Positions 8,974-14,233 of a stretch of 14,233 nucleotides of DNA are shown one piece after another. The position numbers and the translations under genes are program-made. The notes beneath the pieces were generated by a model that was given only the letters and a program-made list of their open reading frames with translations, ran no database searches and was not told the DNA's origin. The DNA comes from Octopus sinensis. Its lineage: Eukaryota. Where the stretch lies: positions 1 through 14,233 of the forward strand of contig NW_021825832.1 in NCBI RefSeq assembly GCF_006345805.1. Reading direction: 5' to 3'. Positions within the stretch are counted from its first letter, which is position 1. The number at the start of each line of letters is the position of its first letter.

Positions 8974-9407
8974 GATCTTTTCGGTTTGAACGGCAGTTTT
9001 TTTCTAGCGGTGTCATATGAAATTGTCACCCATAATTATGACCCCAGAATCGATCTAATGCATTTCAATCTCTTTTAGGGTTAGGGTTAGTTAGGGTTAG
9101 GGTTAGGGGTGGGGGAAGGGTATCTTTTTTTCTTCACAAATTTAAATAAACCCAATTTGTTTCTTAAACGAGGGACATATTCATACGGCACAGAATGTTT
9201 TTCACCTCAATAGACGTCACTGATTGGTTGAAATTGCAGAAATTGAAGAAATAAAAAACCAACAAATGTCTTACAAACTATAGAATTTTCTCAATAAAGG
9301 CAAGAGAAAAAGATGTTTTATAAACACATTCTACCAGTATACGAAGTTTAAAATTTTTTAATTACCTAGAAATTATGTTAAAAACTGCCGTTCAAACCGA
9401 AAAGATC
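8974..9407. mobile_element. Young MITE, 434 bp, perfect 28-bp TIRs, 8-10 bp TSD, carries TTAGGG repeats
   Basis: Left TIR GATCTTTTCGGTTTGAACGGCAGTTTTT (8974-9001). Right TIR AAAAACTGCCGTTCAAACCGAAAAGATC (9380-9407). Flanking direct repeat CGAGATTGG at 8964-8972 and 9408-9416. No ORF. Confidence 0.95.
9075..9120 (+). repeat. Interstitial telomere-like (TTAGGG)n and G4-forming motif inside the MITE
   Basis: TTAGGG TTAGGG TTAG TTAGGG TTAGGG TTAGGG GTGGGGGAAGGG. Confidence 0.85.
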
Positions 9408-9507
9408 CGAGATTGGTACACAGTATTTTAAATGAGACGAAAAGATCCAGCTGTAACTGTGCAGAAGAGAAAGAGGAGAAAACTTGTCTAATGGCGGTAG
9501 AACGATG

Positions 9508-9730
9508 AAATTTCCTTGAACAACTTCAAGCAGACGACTGCAAGAAGAAGAACAAGGGTAGATAAGAGTTTCAGAGGATTGATGTTTTGAGAAAAAATGC
9601 TAGAGAAAATGGCCTTTGAAAGGAGAAGATGGTAGTGGACACAATATTGGTCACGAGAGGAGAGAAGACGAACGAGTCCAGTAGGCTCTGAATGAAAATG
9701 CTTTGAGATCGCACAACTTCAATCAGTAGA
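9508..9730. repeat. Block Y copy 1 (paralogous to 10339-10561)
   Basis: 223-bp ungapped duplication at offset 831; 11 substitutions counted by eye (~95% identity). Confidence 0.95.
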
Positions 9731-10172
9731 GCGTGCGTATCTGACAGATGCAGTCTAAACCGTGTGCAACCGTTGCAACTTCTCACTTATGTGAACAGAA
9801 GAAAATGTCCGTTTTCACTTACAGAGAGTGAACAACAGTTCAGAGAAGTATTTTTTAGTTATAGAAGGGATTCAAACATTGGCGATCAGTGCAAACTATT
9901 TTATAAATGCATGTTCATAATAAAGGGTCACTGGAGACTTAAACCACCTAGTAATTGGATGGATTTCGTTGTGTAAGAACGACTAGAAGTTGTGTTAAAG
10001 TAGTTTAGCCCAGATTGACGCTGGTCGAGCAGAGATGAAATCAATATTAAAAATGTGGTCATTCAAAGTGTGTGTTTTTATGAAATGTACTCAGTTTTGA
10101 CGAGTGAGATTGGGATGTGGAGTTTTAACAAGAGGCTTTCGTAGAAGATTTATGTACGTCTGGCAGGCGATA

Positions 10173-10278
10173 ACTCAGAAATGCATGAAACAAGAACAAA
10201 GTTTGAAAACAAGCATGGACGTTTAGGACAAACATGAAAATACTTTAGACTGGCAAGGGTTTGATATGATGAAGTGTG
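10173..10278. repeat. Block X copy 2
   Basis: Matches 8817-8917 with small indels; more diverged than the block Y pair. Confidence 0.85.
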
Positions 10279-10338
10279 GTTCTCTTTTGTTTAATTTTTT
10301 TTCAGATGTTTTGTGACCGGTGAGACCGATGTGGTCGA

Positions 10339-10561
10339 AAATTTCCTTGAACAACTTCAAGTAGACGACTGCAAGAAGAAGAACAAGGGTAGATAAGAGT
10401 TTCAGAGGACTGATGTTTTGGGAAAAAATGCTAGAGAAAATGGCATTTGAAAGGAGAAGATGGTAGTGGACACAATATTAGTCACAAGAGGAGAGAAGAC
10501 GAACGAGTCCTGTAGGCTCTGAATGAAAATGCTTTGAGATCAAACAACTTCGATCAGCAGA
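10339..10561. repeat. Block Y copy 2
   Basis: Matches 9508-9730. Confidence 0.95.
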
Positions 10562-10882
10562 CGATGATACTGCAGTAGGGGTAGAAGAGGCGTGGAGGAA
10601 ACAACATGTCTATGGAGATGTTGTTTGGTTTCAGTTTGGCCCTGATCGAACAGCTCTATGATACAGGGTGTCTCATCTATGATCATCCTGGATCTTTGTA
10701 TATCAGGGACTCCATTGCCCAATTTTTTCTTCTTCACTGAAAACGGTAGAGTATTAAATGAAATGGTTTGACTGCCATTTTTTTTTTAGATGTTTTCCTT
10801 TCTGGCTCAGCGAGGTTGCGTGTAAATGAAGTCTGTGTGCCAAGATTAATTAGGAATGAAGACTAATATCATCTGTATAATG

Positions 10883-10910
10883 GTGTGTGTGTGTGTGTGT
10901 GTGTGTGTGT
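10883..10910. repeat. (GT)n microsatellite
   Basis: Read directly. Confidence 0.9.
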
Positions 10911-11324
10911 GGAAGGTGTGTGATTAGAGATAACAATATGTAGTTAATTAAATTACAGAAAGCGGAGAGAGAGGGATAGTCCTGAGCTTCAATGGAAGTC
11001 GGAGAGAATCACGTCGACGTATAGGAGAATAAAATAAGTTTGACAGGAAACTTCCGATGTTAGAAGAGATAAAAAAAAAAAAACGTGGCGAATCTCATAA
11101 GTAGGTGAGAATATTTTATTGCCAGCTTTGTTGTTGTGAAAGACAAGAGGTCATCTAATCTGGTACTAAGGAAAACCGAGTGTCAGAAGAGAAAGTAACT
11201 AAAGGCGGCAAAAATGACGGTTATTTACGAATATTTTCATTGCTCATTACACACTAAAAGATTGCTCGACGAAGTAGTTTGCAGACACACAGAGGTTACT
11301 CCCCTTGAGGATATGAAAATTATG

Positions 11325-11499
11325 GCAACCCATAACAGTGATTCCATACAAAACCCGAAGAAACTGATGAGTCTAGTAGCAATCCGTAACAGTGATTCCA
11401 TACAAAACCGAAGAAACTAAACCGAAGAATCTGATGAGTCTAGTAGCAACCCGTAACAGTGATTCCATGCAAAAACCGAAGGAAATGATGAGTCAAGTG
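11325..11499. repeat. ~54-bp minisatellite, 3 copies
   Basis: Unit GCAACCCGTAACAGTGATTCCATACAAAACCGAAGAAACTGATGAGTCTAGTA starts at 11325, 11379 and 11446. Copy 2 has an internal 14-bp duplication (AAACCGAAGAA(A/T)CT). Confidence 0.92.
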
Positions 11500-11673
11500 G
11501 CCGGCACAAAAATGTAATGTTTGGGAATGATTATAGTAAGAATATTGTCCATTCCACTCCTCTTGATCGTTTCTTATGACTGAAAACGTTTTCGTATTTT
11601 GCGACTAGATGCACGTGGTGGATTTATCGTAGTAAATCTCGGAAGCGATTTGTTGTTGTTGCAGTTGTTTGCT

Positions 11674-11676
<3 letters not shown>

Positions 11677-11725
<49 letters not shown>
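11677..11725. repeat. (GT)n(GC)n alternating purine-pyrimidine tract
   Basis: Read directly. Confidence 0.85.
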
Positions 11726-11788
11726 AAACATGCAGATGGAAGGAGAGCAGAAAGCAATCGTGATGGTTTGTGCGTCATCGGTATTAAA

Positions 11789-12024
11789 GGCGACGAGCTG
11801 GCAGAAACGTTAGCACGCCGGGCGAAATGCTTAGCAGGATTTCGTCTGCCGTTACGTTGTGAGTTCAAATTCCGCAGAGGTCGACTTTGCCTTTCAACCT
11901 TTCGGGGTCGATAAATTAAGTACCAGTTACGCACCGGGGTCGCTGTAATCGACTTAATCCGTTTGTCTGTCCTTGTTTGTCCCCTCTGTGTTTAGCCCCT
12001 TATGGGTAGTAAAGAAATAGGTAT
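11789..12024 (+). mobile_element. SINE family B, full length, young, with apparent TSD
   Basis: GGCGACGAGCTGGCAGAAACG (A box), GAGTTCAAATTCC (B box), GTCGACTTTGCCTTTCAACCTTTCGGGGTCGATAAATTAAGTACC central domain, and tail AAAGAAATAG. The 10-bp direct repeat GGTATTAAAG lies at 11780-11789 and 12020-12029. Confidence 0.92.
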
Positions 12025-12129
12025 TAAAGAGTGACAAGTAGATGGATTATGATGCAGGTTAAAGATCTGCGAGTGGATTCCATGAAATCGAACAGGAAGG
12101 AATCGCAAATTAATCGAAGTCCCTTACTC

Positions 12130-12164
12130 TTCTCTCTCTCTCTCGTTCAAGTCCTACTCTTGCT

Positions 12165-12217
<53 letters not shown>
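12130..12217. repeat. Interrupted (CT)n microsatellite
   Basis: Read directly. Confidence 0.85.
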
Positions 12218-12315
12218 CCGTGAAACCAACCAAAACAGGTGCCAAATCAGTCTCGTAGGAAAAGGGACCCTTTTCTCGTGAGTGATAAGCAAATTTTGGC
12301 TTTATTTCAACACAA

Positions 12316-12890
12316 AGCGCAGACGTGGCTGTGTGGTAAGAACTTTGCTTCCCGACCACATGGTCCCGAGTTCAATCCCACTGCGTGATCTCGGGCAATA
12401 GCCGGAGATCGATCAAAGCCTTCTGAGTGGATTTGGGAGACGGCAAGTAACTGATGCCCATTGTGTGTGTGTGTGTGTGTGTGTATTTGTATGTGTGTGT
12501 GTGTGTGTGTATTTGTATGTGTGTGTGTGTGTATTTGTATGTGTGTGTGTGTGTGTGTATTTATATGTGTGTTTGAGTGTGTTTGTGTTCGAGTATGCGC
12601 GTGTGTGTGTATCTGTACGTATGCGTTTTTTGTGCCAGTGTTTGCTCCCTCTCCACTGCCTGACAACCGGTTTTGGTTTGTTTACGTCCCTCCCAGTAAC
12701 TTAGCGATTTCAGCAAAAATAGTCCGATAGAATAAATACCAATATCAAGCTTTAAAAATGTACAAAAAATAATAAAAAAAAGTACTTGGGTCGATTCGTT
12801 CGACTAAACACTTTAAAGCGGTGTCCCAGCATGGTTGCAGTCTAAAGACTGAAACAAATAGATACGAAATACAAGATAAAGGTATTAACG
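12316..12890 (+). mobile_element. SINE family A, diverged full-length copy
   Basis: GCGCAGACGTGGCTGTGTGGTAAG (A box), GAGTTCAATCCC (B box), ATCAAAGCCTTCTGAGTGGATTTGG, expanded (TG)n, GTAACTTAGCGATTTCAGCAAAA, GGGTCGATTCGTTCGACTAAA, and CCAGCATGGTTGCAGTC..GACTGAAACAAA tail. Confidence 0.88.
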
Positions 12891-13171
12891 ACGCAGGTGA
12901 AACGAAATACATATAAGCAACCGAAGACGGAAATCAGCACACGAACTCCGTATACCGAGAGCTTACTTTTCCGCTATGGCGAACAAACTCCTTGTAAACG
13001 TCTTTCACTTTCGTTCACGTAAAATCGATGAAAGATGTATTAATAGTATAATTTTGCAATCAATACACTTCACCATAGTTAAAAACTATGCTTGTGCCCA
13101 GTCAAAGGAGTAACAAGAAATCAATTAGAATAATGGTTGTGCTACGGTGTAACATGATAGATATGTTATCG

Positions 13172-13270
13172 AGTTCGGTGTTCACATTTAAATACAGTCG
13201 ACTTTGATCCTTTTCATACTTTCGGGGTTCAATAACGTAAGTTCCAATTAATATTGGGAATATTATCGAT
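13172..13270 (+). mobile_element. Highly decayed SINE family B central fragment
   Basis: GTCGACTTTGATCCTTTTCATACTTTCGGGGTTCAATAACGTAAGTTCC parallels GTCGACTTTGCCTTTCAACCTTTCGGGGTCGATAAATTAAGTACC at 11880-11924. Confidence 0.6.
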
Positions 13271-13429
13271 ATAATTGCTGAAGATGTTCCGTGAATCGAT
13301 TGAACGATTATAGAACATAGGTAGGATCTTTAATTGACCTAGTGCCTTGACAAAATAATTCATTATTCCAATTATTTATGTGCTAGCTGATATGGGGTTG
13401 AGTGATATATCACCGCTTGTACTGTTAAG

Positions 13430-13523
13430 AAAACACACACACACACATATGAATACGCATATATGCACACACAAGCCACAAAAACACACATGCATAGACA
13501 CACACACGCAAATACACATACAA

Positions 13524-13552
<29 letters not shown>
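13430..13552. repeat. Imperfect (CA)n microsatellite
   Basis: Read directly. Confidence 0.85.
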
Positions 13553-13555
<3 letters not shown>

Positions 13556-13574
13556 GTATATAAAGATATGTGTG

Positions 13575-13735
13575 CAAGCATGACTGTGTGGCTAAGAATA
13601 TCGCTTCACAACCATCATGTTTCCGGTTCAATTCCACTGCGCGGTGCTTTGGGCAAGTGTATTCTGCTACAGCCCCGGGCTGATAATAATTTGGTGGGCG
13701 GAGACTGTATGGATACCCGTCGTAAATATATATGT
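13575..13735 (+). mobile_element. SINE family A 5' half, old copy
   Basis: TGACTGTGTGGCTAAG (A-box-like), CCGGTTCAATTCC (B box), TTTGGGCAAGTGTATTCTGCTACAGCCCCGGGC, ending CCCGTCGTAAATATATATG. Confidence 0.8.
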
Positions 13736-13740
13736 ATCAA

Positions 13741-13903
13741 CCGCGTGGCACCTTGGGCAAGTGTCTTCTGCTATAGCCTCGGGCCGACCAAAGCTTTGTG
13801 AGTGGATTTGATAGACTGAAACTAAGATAAGTCCGTTGTATATATATATATATATAATATATATATATATACATATATATACATATAATATATATATATA
13901 TAT

Positions 13904-13942
<39 letters not shown>

Positions 13943-14180
13943 GGGGCGCGTGTGTGTGTCTATGTATTGTGTCTGTATTTGTCTCTCCCCCGCCATTGCT
14001 TGAGAGTCTATGCTGATGTGCTTATGTCCCTGCAATTAAGCGGTACGGTGAAAGAGACCGATACAATAATTGTCAAGGTCACAAAGAATAAATCCTGGGG
14101 TCATTTTTTTCGACCAAAACCCTTTAAGGCGGTGCTCCAGCATGGTCACAATTAAATGACAAACAGAAAGAATCAAAGAA
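13741..14180 (+). mobile_element. SINE family A, 5'-truncated copy lacking the A/B boxes
   Basis: Begins CCGCGTGGCACCTTGGGCAAGTGTCTTCTGCTATAGCCTCGGGCCGACCAAAGC, continues through a long (TA)n, and ends GGCGGTGCTCCAGCATGGTCACAATTAAATGAC. Confidence 0.88.
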
Positions 14181-14233
14181 TTCATGTGTGTGTGTGTGTG
14201 TACGTGTGTGCGCGCGCCTGTTTTTGTGTTTAC

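Noticed and set aside
9075-9108. True telomere or chromosome-fusion scar
   Set aside because: Only five units, single orientation, enclosed within MITE TIRs.
9764-9976. 70-aa ORF within the duplicated region as a real exon
   Set aside because: The upstream in-frame sequence has several stops shared by both duplicate copies, and there is no recognisable domain.
11364-11491. C/D-box snoRNA (TGATGA motifs)
   Set aside because: The motifs are part of a tandem unit; no paired D box with terminal stem and no evident rRNA antisense element.
11325-11499. CRISPR-like array
   Set aside because: Eukaryotic context, head-to-tail units with no unique spacers, and no cas genes.
13074-13090. Small hairpin CATAGTT-AAA-AACTATG
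   Set aside because: AT-rich 7-bp stem expected by chance in 14 kb; no supporting context.
4787-14155. Many short HT/CV/YI-repeat ORFs
   Set aside because: Translations of (CA)n, (TG)n and (TA)n tracts or of SINE bodies; no coding signal.

Overview
Eukaryotic, AT-rich, repeat-saturated non-coding DNA (intron or intergenic). The SINE families match, from memory, those of octopod cephalopods (Octopus), so the taxon is inferred rather than verified. No credible protein-coding gene is present: the long ORFs are translations of microsatellites or of a ~1.3 kb (TCA/TCG)n array, and the shorter ORFs lack support. The window holds several copies or fragments of two tRNA-derived SINE families (called A and B here) and three different MITEs. 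The MITEs are pogo/Tigger-like, hAT-Charlie-like, and a young 434-bp element with perfect 28-bp TIRs that carries TTAGGG telomeric repeats. There are also many microsatellites, a 480-bp tandem duplication, a mosaic of duplicated blocks at 8.8-10.8 kb, and a 54-bp minisatellite. The most notable cryptic feature is a degenerate minimal type I hammerhead ribozyme fold at 5273-5324, with a palindromic helix III of the kind found in Penelope-like elements and retrozymes. A weaker hammerhead-like tandem array lies at 11305-11499.
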